Shown here piece by piece: positions 1-9,187 of a DNA stretch of 64,000 nt. The notes under the pieces were generated by a model that made no database searches, was not told the origin of the DNA, and saw only the letters and a program-made list of their open reading frames with translations. Each line of letters starts with the position of its first letter. Position 1 is the stretch's first letter. A program made the translations under genes and the position numbers. This DNA is from an uncultured Eubacteriales bacterium (lineage in GTDB: Bacteria; Bacillota; Clostridia; Oscillospirales; UBA644), in NCBI GenBank assembly GCA_934454405.1, contig CAKSFN010000011.1:26582-90581 (forward strand), written 5' to 3'.

Positions 1-156
1 CGCGAAGAAAAAATAAAGACCTTTTACCTGAAAATTTGATGAAAACGCCGAATTTTTGCGTTTTTTACGCGCAAAGCCTTTATCGTTGCCTCCCGAAACG
101 AAAAAAGTCTGTCATTTATAATCAAAACGGCGCTCAAATTTTAGTGATTTTACCAC

Positions 157-185
157 TTCAAAACCGCTTGAAAATATGTTACAAT
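157..185 (+). promoter_or_regulatory. candidate sigma-A promoter for hpf (TTCAAA-17-TACAAT)
   Basis: TTCAAA at 157-162, a 17-nt spacer and TACAAT at 180-185, about 90 nt upstream of the hpf ATG. Confidence 0.35.
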
Positions 186-277
186 AAAAGTGCGGACAGG
201 GGAGATGCCGTTTCCCCGGCGCCCGCCGTTCAGACGGCTCAAAACCTGTTCAGTCTGACACAAAAGGAGCAACGGTT

Positions 278-796
278 ATGAAGATCAGGTACGTTTCCAG
301 AAAATGCACGGCTTATCAGGACACAAAGGATTACACGGAGAAGAAACTCAAAAAACTTGACAAGTTCTTTCCCCGGGACTGCGAAGTGACCGTGGTTTAT
401 ACTCTGGAAAAAGATGACCGCCACAAGGTTGAAGTCACCGCGGAAAACAGCGGGCTTATTTTCCGGGCCCAGTCTACGACGGACGATTTCAAGTACAGTG
501 TTGACGAGATTGTTGAAATCTTGACAAGACAGATCCGCAGGCACAAAACCAAATTGGAGAAGCGTATCAAAAAACCGATTGACTCGGAAATCCTCGAATC
601 GGCGGATTTTGCGGAGGACGATTACGATATAATCAAAACCAAGAAAATCGACCCGAAGCCGATGGCGGACGAGGAAGCCATATTGCAGATGAATCTGCTT
701 GCGCACGACTTTTTCATTTATACGGACAACGAAAATAAGCCGCGTATAATCTATCGCCGCAGAGACGGGAAATACGGGCTTATCGAGATTGAATAA
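278..796 (+). CDS. hpf: ribosome hibernation promoting factor, long form (S30AE/HPF)
   Basis: 172 aa. The N-terminal S30AE-like region reads MKIRYVSRKCTAYQDTKDYTEKKLKKLDKFF. The C-terminal dimerisation tail reads DFFIYTDNENKPRIIYRRRDGKYGLIE. RBS AAAAGGAG lies upstream. Confidence 0.9.
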   Translation: MKIRYVSRKCTAYQDTKDYTEKKLKKLDKFFPRDCEVTVVYTLEKDDRHKVEVTAENSGLIFRAQSTTDDFKYSVDEIVEILTRQIRRHKTKLEKRIKKPIDSEILESADFAEDDYDIIKTKKIDPKPMADEEAILQMNLLAHDFFIYTDNENKPRIIYRRRDGKYGLIEIE

Positions 797-847
797 AAGG
801 AATAAAAAGGTTATACGATCAAGTAAGGTCTGGTCTGTATTTTCGAA

Positions 848-877
848 GGAGCGGAAAAGTGTTTCCGCTCCTTTTTT
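848..877 (+). terminator. intrinsic terminator after hpf
   Basis: GGAGCGGAAA-agtg-TTTCCGCTCC stem followed by TTTTTT. Confidence 0.8.
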
Positions 878-900
878 AACGGCGCAATAAAATTTTCAAT

Positions 901-941
901 AAAGGGGGCTGTAAAAAACGCAAGTTTTTTACAGCCCCTTT
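901..941 (-). terminator. stem-loop terminator downstream of the capD-like gene (bidirectional shape)
   Basis: Perfect 15-bp stem GGGGCTGTAAAAAAC-gcaa-GTTTTTTACAGCCCC flanked by A/T runs. It lies just 3' of the minus-strand CDS ending at 1010. Confidence 0.7.
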
Positions 942-1009
942 GGGGATAGAAAAAAAGGTTCAGAATGGGGGGATCCCCTGTGTTCTTCTTATACGGGTTT
1001 TCGTTTTAT

Positions 1010-2962
1010 TCAGTTTGTTTCGGTCTTAATTTTTTCCCCGTCCGGGCAGGAGAAGATGCAGTGCGCCTCCTCGTAAGCTTTTTTGCTTTCCTCGGGAGAA
1101 ATATATGTCGGAACAAGATCCCGCATCAAGGCTCTTATGTCTATCGTATCGTCAAGCATAACGCTGTAAAGATGGTCGAGCTTTTCGCGGAAATCCGGCG
1201 CGAGCGGCGGCGGATCGTCCACATAGATCAAATCGTTTGCCGTCTTTTTCAGGTGCGCCGTGTCGATGAGAAGCTCCTCGTAAAGCTTTTCGCCGGGACG
1301 CAGACCCGTGAATTTTATATCTATATCCTTATACGGCGTATAGCCGGAAAGTCTTATCAGATTTTCCGCAAGGTCGAGTATTTTGACCGGCTTGCCCATA
1401 TCGAGAACGAATATCTCGCCCCCTTTGGCATAGGTTCCTGCTTCGAGAACAAGGGACACCGCTTCGGGTATTGTCATAAAATAGCGGATGATGCGCTTGT
1501 CCGTAACGGTGACGGGGCCGCCCGCCGCTATCTGCTTTTTGAACAGAGGGATAACGCTTCCGTTGCTTCCGAGCACGTTGCCGAAGCGAACCGCGACATA
1601 TTCGGTTGCGGAGCGGTCGTTAAAATACTGAACAACCATTTCACAAAGGCGTTTGGACGCGCCCATTATGTTAGTCGGATTTACCGCCTTATCGGTTGAG
1701 ATAAGAACAAACTTTTCGGTTCCGTACATATCCGCCGCTTTGGCAACCTTGAATGTTCCGAAAACGTTGTTTTTAATGGCTTCGTTCGGACTGTCCTCCA
1801 TCAGCGGAACGTGCTTGTGCGCCGCGGCGTGGAAAACTATCTGCGGTCTGTAAAGCTCAAACACCGCCTCCACTCTTTTGTGGTCGCGAACCGAGCCGAT
1901 GAGGGTGATCAGGTCAAGAGAGGGGAAGGTTGCCCTGAGCTCGTTTCTTATATCGTAAGAGTTGTTTTCATAAACATCGAAAACTATCAGCTGCCGAGGT
2001 CCGAAGCCCGCAATTTGTCTGCAAAGCTCGCTGCCTATCGAACCGCCGCCGCCCGTGACAAGAACCGTTTTGCCCTTGATATACGCGGAAACGTTGTTCA
2101 TATCAAATTTTATCGGGTCTCTTCCGAGCAGATCCTCAACCTCGACCTTGCGGAGATTGTTTATGTGCGCGGAGCCTTTCAGAATATTGTCAAGCCCCGG
2201 AATAAGCTTCAAAACGCAATCCGTCTGCTTGCATATATCGAGAATTTTTGCCTGCTCAGCTTTGGAGGCGGACGGAATGGAGAGCCAAATTTCGTCGATT
2301 TTTTTCCTTTTTGCGTTTTGTATTATGGTTTCTCTGTTTCCGACAACGGGCACGGCGTGAAGAGTCGTTCCGATTTTTTCTCTGTCGTCGTCGATGATGC
2401 AGACGGGAATGAAGTTCCGAACGGATTTTTTCTCCTTCATTTCACGGACAACCGTTTCGGACGCGGAGCCCGCGCCTATCAGCATAACGCGAACCTTTTT
2501 AACGTCGCGCATTTCCCACAGATTTTTTATCGTTCGCAGCCCTCGATAGGAAAACCTCGAAACGAGCAGCATAAACGTTATTATGAAAAACAGAAAAACA
2601 AGGAAGGCGGGACGCACGGGGGTCGGTCTGTGCGACGAAAGCCCGAGAAGCAGAATGAATAGACCCGAGTCGAAAAGTCCCGCGCCTACGCCCCGGAAAA
2701 GCTCCCACATCCCGGCATACTGCCATATACTGCGGTAAAGCCCGAAAGAAAAGTGAAGAAGAACGGACGCCGCGGAAAAAATTGCGACGAATATCACTCT
2801 CTGCGCGCCGTCGCCGATGAAGGAAAAAGCCCTGCTCAGCGAAAAATCGTCATACACGAGCATGTACGAAAAAATCCACGCGAAGTTAATCAACACTATA
2901 TCCGTTACTCCGAAAAGAAGCTCCTTCGCTATGCGGGAAGAGCCCTTGGATGTTGATGTCAT
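1010..2962 (-). CDS. membrane-anchored polysaccharide biosynthesis protein, CapD/PglF/WbpM-type nucleotide-sugar 4,6-dehydratase
   Basis: 650 aa. The N-terminus has several hydrophobic segments, followed by a Rossmann motif VLVTGGGGSIGSELCRQI and SDR-like catalytic region. RBS AGGAG precedes the ATG. Confidence 0.85.
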   Translation of the reverse strand: MTSTSKGSSRIAKELLFGVTDIVLINFAWIFSYMLVYDDFSLSRAFSFIGDGAQRVIFVAIFSAASVLLHFSFGLYRSIWQYAGMWELFRGVGAGLFDSGLFILLLGLSSHRPTPVRPAFLVFLFFIITFMLLVSRFSYRGLRTIKNLWEMRDVKKVRVMLIGAGSASETVVREMKEKKSVRNFIPVCIIDDDREKIGTTLHAVPVVGNRETIIQNAKRKKIDEIWLSIPSASKAEQAKILDICKQTDCVLKLIPGLDNILKGSAHINNLRKVEVEDLLGRDPIKFDMNNVSAYIKGKTVLVTGGGGSIGSELCRQIAGFGPRQLIVFDVYENNSYDIRNELRATFPSLDLITLIGSVRDHKRVEAVFELYRPQIVFHAAAHKHVPLMEDSPNEAIKNNVFGTFKVAKAADMYGTEKFVLISTDKAVNPTNIMGASKRLCEMVVQYFNDRSATEYVAVRFGNVLGSNGSVIPLFKKQIAAGGPVTVTDKRIIRYFMTIPEAVSLVLEAGTYAKGGEIFVLDMGKPVKILDLAENLIRLSGYTPYKDIDIKFTGLRPGEKLYEELLIDTAHLKKTANDLIYVDDPPPLAPDFREKLDHLYSVMLDDTIDIRALMRDLVPTYISPEESKKAYEEAHCIFSCPDGEKIKTETN

Positions 2963-3139
2963 TTTAGTATCTCCTGTTTCCTTTTGCGCAGCCGGTCGCC
3001 TGCCTGCGCTGAAATTTTCTCAAGCATATTATAACACCTCGCCACGGTTTTGTCAATGTTTATTCCCCTGAAAATTAACGCGGAGTTCCCGAAATTCCGC
3101 TCCTCCCCGAAGAATTGTCTGCAAAGGCGGATCTCCGTC

Positions 3140-3173
3140 AAAAAACCTCCGTTCGGTTGAACGGAGGTTTTTT
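3140..3173 (-). terminator. bidirectional intrinsic terminator after secreted paralog A
   Basis: AAAAAA-CCTCCGTTC-ggtt-GAACGGAGG-TTTTTT. Confidence 0.8.
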
Positions 3174-3188
3174 ATTAAAGCGCTTTTA

Positions 3189-5066
3189 TCAGTCGTTTGA
3201 AGTTCTTACGTTGGTAAGTTCTATCTGAATCTTCACGGCTTCGAGCATAAGCGTGATGAAATCGCTCTTTGCCATGGTGTGCGGCTGTTCTTTGTCCGCC
3301 TCTTCCTCGTACTTGTCAACAAGCGCCTGAAGAGCCTCAAGCTTTTCCCAGAAGAGCGCGAGAGATTCTTCCGTGTAGGGATACGCTCCGTCTTCGTCGA
3401 GAGCGTCGCTCATATAGTTGTTGAATTCGGTCATATCCGTCAGCAGCGTTTTCGCCGCGTTGAAAACGCCTTCAAGCGTGATGTTGGAAAGCGCCGTGGA
3501 GTTGTTTCCGCCGCCCTGGTTCGGGTCGTCGCCGGACTCGGCAACTCTTATTTCGGAACGCGCCTGCTGCAGGAAGTACGTTGCGGTTATAAGGTTCTGA
3601 TAAAGAGAATCAAGCTTATCCGCATCCGTTCCGCCGGCGTTGACGTATCCTTCATAAGCGTCTCTTGCCGTTTCGAACTTGTTGATGGCGATCTCGAGCT
3701 TCTCAACGGTGGATATATCAAAGAGGAATCTGAAATTCTTTATGGACTCGTTATAATAATCCATAACCTTATTGTATACCGCTTCGTAAAGGTTGATGTC
3801 GAGTTTTTTCGTCAAAAGCTCGTCGCGCGCCGCAACTATCTTGTTGTAGGCGTCGCGCAGATACGCGTCGGTCGTTCTGTAATCGTTTGCCACAGAGAAG
3901 AACGGGTTAACGACGTTCATAAACGCGTTGTAATCGGAAGAATTGTAATAGCCGTATTCTTTATCATAGGAAACGGTGTCTATTATCTTTCTTGCAGCCT
4001 TTCTGAACGCTTCGCCCACAAACAGGGAATTTCTGAAATTCAGAATCTCGCGGTCTCTGATGTCAACGGGTTTAAGCACTCTGTACGCTTTTTCGCCGTA
4101 TTTCTCGGAGAACGCCTCGTCGTCCATCTCATAAGGCGCTTCAACTGCGTAATTGTCGGAAATATCCTTGTCAAGGTTGTTTTCGCCGGCAAGGTAGTAC
4201 GAGTTGTCCGCGTATTTTCTGAGCTCTTCCGCAGTCGCGTTCGGGTCGTTGTACGCGGCTATCGCGCCTTCTACCCAAGCCTTGAACGCCAACGTTTCGG
4301 GAGCGTTCGGATTTTCCTCGGAAGCCGCGATAATGTCGGGCAGCTCCCAGCCGTAGGGAACTCTTTCGGAAAGAGCAATGATATCTACCGTCTCGTTCGT
4401 CATGATGTTGACATAGAGGATGCCTTTAAGGTCGTTTATCTCTTTGTCGCCCTCATACTTCACGAGGTTGTCGTACGCGTTGTAGTAATTTGTGAGCAGC
4501 GCCCATATCTGCGATCTTTTCATGGAAAGTATCGCGGGAAGCTCTCCTTCGCTTACGGATGCAAGCGTCGACGCCGCTTTTGCAAGCTCTCTCCAGCTCT
4601 CGATGGTGTAATCTCTTCTGAAAAGCTTTGTATATCCCTTTTCGCCGCGCGCAACTTCGCTGTCTATCGCTTTTGTGCGAAGATAGAGCGCGTTCAAAAA
4701 TTCTATATACGTCTTGTCGGGGTCGGTATAGGTCTTTGATGTGTCGTTCCAGCCGCCGAAAACGTCAAGCAGGAACTTTTCGATTTCTTCCGCCGAGCCG
4801 TTCGCATAAAGATCCTCGCCCTGATTATAAAGCCCTTCGAGCTTTATCGTCGCGTCTGCCTTGGTCTGCATTCCGGCGGGCATATTCTCAAAGTCGTCTC
4901 TTTCTATGAGAGCGTCCGCCTGATCAAGGAAGGAGTTCAGCTCGGTTCTGAGCGTCGAGAGGTCTTTGCCCGTAACTCCCTCCGCAAACGAAGAGAAGGT
5001 CAATGCCGCCGCAAGTGAAGCGCAGAGGCAGAGCGAAAGTATCGCTGCAATAATTCTTTTTTTCAT
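3189..5066 (-). CDS. secreted protein of unknown function, paralog A of a tandem pair
   Basis: 625 aa. Sec signal peptide MKKRIIAAILSLCLCASLAAALTFSSFAEG; RBS GAAGGAGG. The N-terminal ~250 aa share motifs with the upstream gene (RDDFENMPAGMQTK, LFGGW, RRDYTIESW, YEGDKEINDLKGILY, YNDPNATAEE). I recognise no known domain. Confidence 0.8.
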   Translation of the reverse strand: MKKRIIAAILSLCLCASLAAALTFSSFAEGVTGKDLSTLRTELNSFLDQADALIERDDFENMPAGMQTKADATIKLEGLYNQGEDLYANGSAEEIEKFLLDVFGGWNDTSKTYTDPDKTYIEFLNALYLRTKAIDSEVARGEKGYTKLFRRDYTIESWRELAKAASTLASVSEGELPAILSMKRSQIWALLTNYYNAYDNLVKYEGDKEINDLKGILYVNIMTNETVDIIALSERVPYGWELPDIIAASEENPNAPETLAFKAWVEGAIAAYNDPNATAEELRKYADNSYYLAGENNLDKDISDNYAVEAPYEMDDEAFSEKYGEKAYRVLKPVDIRDREILNFRNSLFVGEAFRKAARKIIDTVSYDKEYGYYNSSDYNAFMNVVNPFFSVANDYRTTDAYLRDAYNKIVAARDELLTKKLDINLYEAVYNKVMDYYNESIKNFRFLFDISTVEKLEIAINKFETARDAYEGYVNAGGTDADKLDSLYQNLITATYFLQQARSEIRVAESGDDPNQGGGNNSTALSNITLEGVFNAAKTLLTDMTEFNNYMSDALDEDGAYPYTEESLALFWEKLEALQALVDKYEEEADKEQPHTMAKSDFITLMLEAVKIQIELTNVRTSND

Positions 5067-5087
5067 AGTTTATTTGCCTCCTTCTCT

Positions 5088-7208
5088 TTATTCGTAGTGA
5101 TATTCAAGCTGCATGTTGGTCATATCGAAATAGAGGTTGTTGACGGCGTTGAGCAGCTGTTCGTCGGATACCGCGTTTTCGTCGGCTTCCGCGGCGGACT
5201 GATAGTTGCCCGACGCGATGTTTGCCTCGTAAGCCTCTATTCTCGAAATGAGTCCTTCAAGCTTGGTGATGTCTTCGCCGAACGTTACGGCGTCAGCCTC
5301 GGAGAAAGGATACTTCTTGTTCTCGGAATCGCCGGTAACATCGCTGATGATATCCTTGTAGTAAGCCTTCGCTTTTTCCGCTATCTGCTTCGCCATATCG
5401 AGGATCATCTTGTCGTTATGGAAAAATCTGACTATTCCGTCGTTGTCGCTGCTTTCGTGAACCGTGAACGGCATATTCGCTTTTGAAGCGACAAGGTCAA
5501 CCACTCTTGCTTTCGCGATCTCTTCCCAGAACTTGTAATCGGAGGTTCCCTGTTTGCCTTCCTCTTTAAGAGCCCCGATCTTTTCCATCGCTTCGTTGTA
5601 AAGAAGAAGGATTCTTCTGAACGCGCGAAGTCCGTCTATGTCGTAGAGGTCGCTGTTGAAATATTCGTCGCTTGTAAGAGAATCCTCGTAGTTGGACGAA
5701 TTGATTATGAAATTATCCTTGTAATATTCGATAAGAGCTTTTCCGTAAGAGTCGTAAGCGCTTACAAGATATTTTGTCTGAGAGAACTTCTCGTAGGCAG
5801 CGATGACTCTTTCAATCGCCGAATAAAACTCCGTTTCCTTTGCCTTCGGAGTTCCGAGAAGGGCGTCTCCGCGAGCGAACGCCGCAAGGTACGCTTTCCA
5901 ATCTTCCGAGGAATAAGCGCCGCCCTTGTTGTTTTCCGCTTCGGCAAAATAGAACATAGAATTCTTGTATTTTCTGTAATTGTTATGTACGAAAAGCGTA
6001 TTGAGATATGTTTCGATAAGACCGTTTCTCAGCGAGAAATAGTTATAGTGATAGGTCGTTGCCGTATATGTGAAAACGGGGTTGCCTTCGTCGTCGAAAA
6101 CGAGTTTTCCGTTTTCTTTCTGCTGCGACTTCTTGAAATAAACCGTTCCCCTGAGCTCGTAAACCTTTTCGGTTCTCTTTTCGCCGTCGGGAAGACCCGC
6201 CACTTCAAAGGTCTGAGCTTCAAGCTCCTCCGGCGTGAACGGGCTTTCGACCTCCGCGGATTTTGTGTCGGTCATAAGAAGCTTCATCGTCAAAAGAGGC
6301 TTGATATCTTCCGCCGTCGTGTTGGGGTCGTTAAAGAGCTCCTGCGCTTTGCGGTACCAGTCCAGCAGAGCTTGCTTTGCGGCCTCTTTGTCGCCGAGGT
6401 TCATTATCTTTCTTATCTTTTGAGAAAGCTCGGACGTGTCGTCGGAATCGCCTCTTGCCAGATAGTCTTCTATCGAAACGCCGTAAGTCGTTTCAATATG
6501 TATGGCGTCGTAGAGAATTCCTCTGAGTCTGTTTGTTTCCTTGTCGCCCTCAAATCTTACAAGCGTATTGACTAACGCAAGATACTCCTGCAGTTTGTAA
6601 TAAATCTGGGAGCGTGTCGCGGTTGCGAGACCCGTGTAGGGGTTAACGGCGTCAACCGTCAGGAAATCAAGCTCAAACTTTGCCATGAAGTCCGCGAGCG
6701 GCTGCCATGATTCCACGGTGTAGTCCTCGCGCCGAAGAACCGCATAACCGGTGTTTTCATCCCAGTAAAGGACTTTGTCCAGCGCTTTGTAGCGCAGAAG
6801 AAGCGCGTCCTGGAAATCTCCGTAGGGCTTGTTCGGGTTGACAAAATCGCGTTTTTCGGGATCCCAGCCTCCGAAAAGCTCGAGAAGGAGCGCCTCAAGG
6901 TCTTCCTCCGAGGAATTCTGGTCGTAAGCGAGCTCCTCCGCTCTCTGCATCAGAGACTCCAGCTTATAGGTTGCCTCCGATTTTGTCCGCATGCCTTCGG
7001 GCATCTTCTCGTAGTCGTCGCGAATGATCTGATCGTCCGCCACGGTAAGAAACGCGTCAAGTTTGCCTCTCATCTCTTTCGCCGACATCGGAGTTCCGAG
7101 ATCGTCGATGATTATCGTTCTTTCGGCAAAAGCCGAGAAAGAAACGGACGCGATGACCGAAATCATGACCGCTGCTGCGAGAATTGCAGATAAAATTCTC
7201 TTTTTCAT
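5088..7208 (-). CDS. secreted protein of unknown function, paralog B of a tandem pair
   Basis: I place the start at the internal ATG at 7208 (MKKRILSAILAAAVMISVIASVSFSAFAE), which is preceded by AAGGAGGAAAAAG. The track ORF extends to 7391, through the promoter. 706 aa. It shares RDDYEKMPEGMRTK, LFGGW, RREDYTVESW, FEGDKETNRLRGILY and FNDPNTTAED with paralog A. Confidence 0.8.
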   Translation of the reverse strand: MKKRILSAILAAAVMISVIASVSFSAFAERTIIIDDLGTPMSAKEMRGKLDAFLTVADDQIIRDDYEKMPEGMRTKSEATYKLESLMQRAEELAYDQNSSEEDLEALLLELFGGWDPEKRDFVNPNKPYGDFQDALLLRYKALDKVLYWDENTGYAVLRREDYTVESWQPLADFMAKFELDFLTVDAVNPYTGLATATRSQIYYKLQEYLALVNTLVRFEGDKETNRLRGILYDAIHIETTYGVSIEDYLARGDSDDTSELSQKIRKIMNLGDKEAAKQALLDWYRKAQELFNDPNTTAEDIKPLLTMKLLMTDTKSAEVESPFTPEELEAQTFEVAGLPDGEKRTEKVYELRGTVYFKKSQQKENGKLVFDDEGNPVFTYTATTYHYNYFSLRNGLIETYLNTLFVHNNYRKYKNSMFYFAEAENNKGGAYSSEDWKAYLAAFARGDALLGTPKAKETEFYSAIERVIAAYEKFSQTKYLVSAYDSYGKALIEYYKDNFIINSSNYEDSLTSDEYFNSDLYDIDGLRAFRRILLLYNEAMEKIGALKEEGKQGTSDYKFWEEIAKARVVDLVASKANMPFTVHESSDNDGIVRFFHNDKMILDMAKQIAEKAKAYYKDIISDVTGDSENKKYPFSEADAVTFGEDITKLEGLISRIEAYEANIASGNYQSAAEADENAVSDEQLLNAVNNLYFDMTNMQLEYHYE

Positions 7209-7319
7209 CTTTTTCCTCCTTGAAAATTTGCCTGATTTTTCCGACGGGGAGTCCGGACGGGTTTTATCTCTTCCGAAAAGACATCCCCTTATCGGTTCAA
7301 GGCATTTATCCACGCTACT

Positions 7320-7348
7320 ATTATAGTACAGAAGTGTTGAAATTGCAA
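7320..7348 (-). promoter_or_regulatory. sigma-A promoter for the secreted-paralog operon (TTGCAA-17-TATAAT)
   Basis: On the minus strand, TTGCAA (7348-7343), a 17-nt spacer and TATAAT (7325-7320). This leaves a ~105-nt leader. Confidence 0.6.
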
Positions 7349-7395
7349 GAGAAAATAAACTTTCGTAAAATTCTTCGTAAAAAATGCACAAACGG

Positions 7396-7430
7396 AAAAA
7401 AGAAAAAAGCGCAATATCAACAATCGCGCT
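7396..7430 (-). terminator. intrinsic terminator after the WG-repeat lipoprotein gene
   Basis: On the minus strand, an AGCGCGAT-7 nt-ATTGCGCT stem (one G-U pair) followed by TTTTTTCTTTTTT. Confidence 0.7.
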
Positions 7431-7525
7431 TCTTCAATATGTACTTTTTTGCGTTGTAACGGCAACATTTTTCGCACGCCCGACGGCGGAAAAAAGTCCG
7501 ACGGAACGGATATGAAAACAGCTTC

Positions 7526-8788
7526 TCAACCGTTTATTTTAAGAAATCCGTACCGGTCGCCGTATCTGACAAGAAAATGCCCTTCGGACGCGGTCTCGAT
7601 ATCGTCGAATTCCGCCTTCGCCGCAAGTCTGCCGTTTTTGTCGATTATTCCCCATTTTTTACCGATGCAGACGGGCGCGTAACCCTCGGAAAAATCCTTC
7701 GCGTTATCATACTGCGGCGCGATGCGCTCCGCCCCGTTCCTGTCGATGAAGCCCCAAATGGTTTTTTGGTTCTCCGTTCTCGCGACGCGCGCCAGACCGT
7801 CGGAGGTCATATCGTACGCAAATCTGTAAGCTTTTTCCGTGACGGTTTTTCCCGTCGCGTCGATATAAGAGTAGTCGTAAACGGATGTCGCGATGTTTTC
7901 GGAAACTCTCGAAAGCCCGTTTTTGAAGCCGTATACGTTGTCGTATTCCGCGGATACCGTTATTTCACCCTTCGCGTTTATATACCCCCATGCGTAAACC
8001 GCCCCGGTCGTTACTCCCGAAGCCGACGATGTCCCCTCGGAGATTTTTGCTTTGAAAGGCGCGTATCCCTCGGAAAAACTGCCCGTATCGAGGTATTTCG
8101 GCCCTATCACGGTCGCTCCGTCTATGCCGATAAAGCCGTTCAGGTCCTCTTTTTCTGTTTTGAAGTTCACGGCGCAAAGCCCTTCGGAAAAATCGTTTTC
8201 AGTCAAAAAGCCGCTTGCGACAACGTCACCCTGCGTGTTGATATACGCGGTTTTTCCGTCGATCTCAACTCTTGCGAGACCGTTTGAAAACGACGCCGCG
8301 TCGGAAAAAGAGGTCAATGTTCTCTTTTCCGCGTCCGCCCCTTCGCCGTTGTCCGCCGAGGGAACCGTTACCTTGAGCTCGGCGCCTTTCGCGTTGATAT
8401 ATTTGTAATAATTTCCGTCCTTGACAAGCGCGAAGCCGTCCGAAAAATCCGCGGCCGCGGTATATGCGCCCCCGACGGCGACGTTTCCGCTTTTGTCGAT
8501 ATATCCCCACTTTTCGCCGGGGTTGACTATCGCGGCGCAAAGCCCCTCGGAAAACGAACCGACCGCTTCAAGTCCGGGCTCGATGACCGTCGCCCCTTCT
8601 TTGTCGATAAAACCCCAGCCGTCTTCGGTCTTTATTGCCGCCAGACCTTCGGAATACGGTTTCGCGTTTATGTATTTCACCCTGTCCGCGGAGACTATCT
8701 CTCCGCTGCCGATGTTCGGGGCGGAGCATCCCGAGGCAAGAGCCGCCGCAAAGACCGCAACGAATATCAAAGCGATGATTCTTTTCAT
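7526..8788 (-). CDS. WG-repeat (KWG-type) lipoprotein
   Basis: 420 aa. Lipobox signal MKRIIALIFVAVFAAALASGCS. There are many repeats with a WG[FYI]ID core (WGFIDKEG, WGYIDKSG, WGYINAKG, WGFIDRNG, WGIIDKNG). Confidence 0.85.
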   Translation of the reverse strand: MKRIIALIFVAVFAAALASGCSAPNIGSGEIVSADRVKYINAKPYSEGLAAIKTEDGWGFIDKEGATVIEPGLEAVGSFSEGLCAAIVNPGEKWGYIDKSGNVAVGGAYTAAADFSDGFALVKDGNYYKYINAKGAELKVTVPSADNGEGADAEKRTLTSFSDAASFSNGLARVEIDGKTAYINTQGDVVASGFLTENDFSEGLCAVNFKTEKEDLNGFIGIDGATVIGPKYLDTGSFSEGYAPFKAKISEGTSSASGVTTGAVYAWGYINAKGEITVSAEYDNVYGFKNGLSRVSENIATSVYDYSYIDATGKTVTEKAYRFAYDMTSDGLARVARTENQKTIWGFIDRNGAERIAPQYDNAKDFSEGYAPVCIGKKWGIIDKNGRLAAKAEFDDIETASEGHFLVRYGDRYGFLKING

Positions 8789-8847
8789 ATTTATATACCT
8801 TTATAAACCTTTCAAAAAAGACGAATCGTTCGGTGTTCTTTTACCGA

Positions 8848-8876
8848 AGTATAGCACAGTTTTTTATTGATTGCAA
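8848..8876 (-). promoter_or_regulatory. sigma-A promoter for the WG-repeat gene (TTGCAA-17-TATACT, TGn extended -10)
   Basis: On the minus strand, TTGCAA (8876-8871), a 17-nt spacer ending in TGC, and TATACT (8853-8848). Confidence 0.55.
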
Positions 8877-9062
8877 CAGTCTTGCGCGTTTTTTACGCAA
8901 TGTTTTTCATTTTTCCGCACAATGCAGCCGTCGCGGCGGAAGGGAGGAAGAGCATTTTTCTCCGTGCCGTCTTTGCGGAAAAGCGCGTCCGCCGCTCCGA
9001 AAAAAAATAATATCCCATAGGGATATTCGGCGGGTAAACAAAAAAAATTCGTTTCTTACCTA

Positions 9063-9091
9063 TTGACCTTTTTTGCTTTTGGTGCTATATT
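9063..9091 (+). promoter_or_regulatory. sigma-A promoter for the trmH-dprA-topA block (TTGACC-17-TATATT, TGn)
   Basis: TTGACC at 9063-9068, a 17-nt spacer ending in TGC, and TATATT at 9086-9091. Confidence 0.6.
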
Positions 9092-9187
9092 ATGATGTAT
9101 ACTGCCGCAGGATTTCCTTTGAGCGCGGTCGCGGAAAAACGCCGCAGCCCGATATCTCGGCAACACACGGAAAGGGGGACTGAAAAA

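Noticed and set aside
3279-4739. 486-aa plus-strand ORF, and a similar one at 1811-2662.
   Set aside because: They are antisense to secreted paralog A and to the capD-like gene. Both are Arg/Val/Phe-rich with no start context.
7209-7391. 61-aa N-terminal extension of secreted paralog B.
   Set aside because: The extension runs through the predicted promoter and leader and has no signal-peptide character. The internal ATG 7208 follows AAGGAGG and begins a classic signal peptide that matches paralog A.
9092-9187. N-terminal 32-aa extension of the trmH-family ORF (ATG 9092).
   Set aside because: The ATG directly abuts the TATATT -10 box of a good promoter, so it would lie upstream of the transcription start. 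GTG 9188 has a proper AAGGGGGA RBS.
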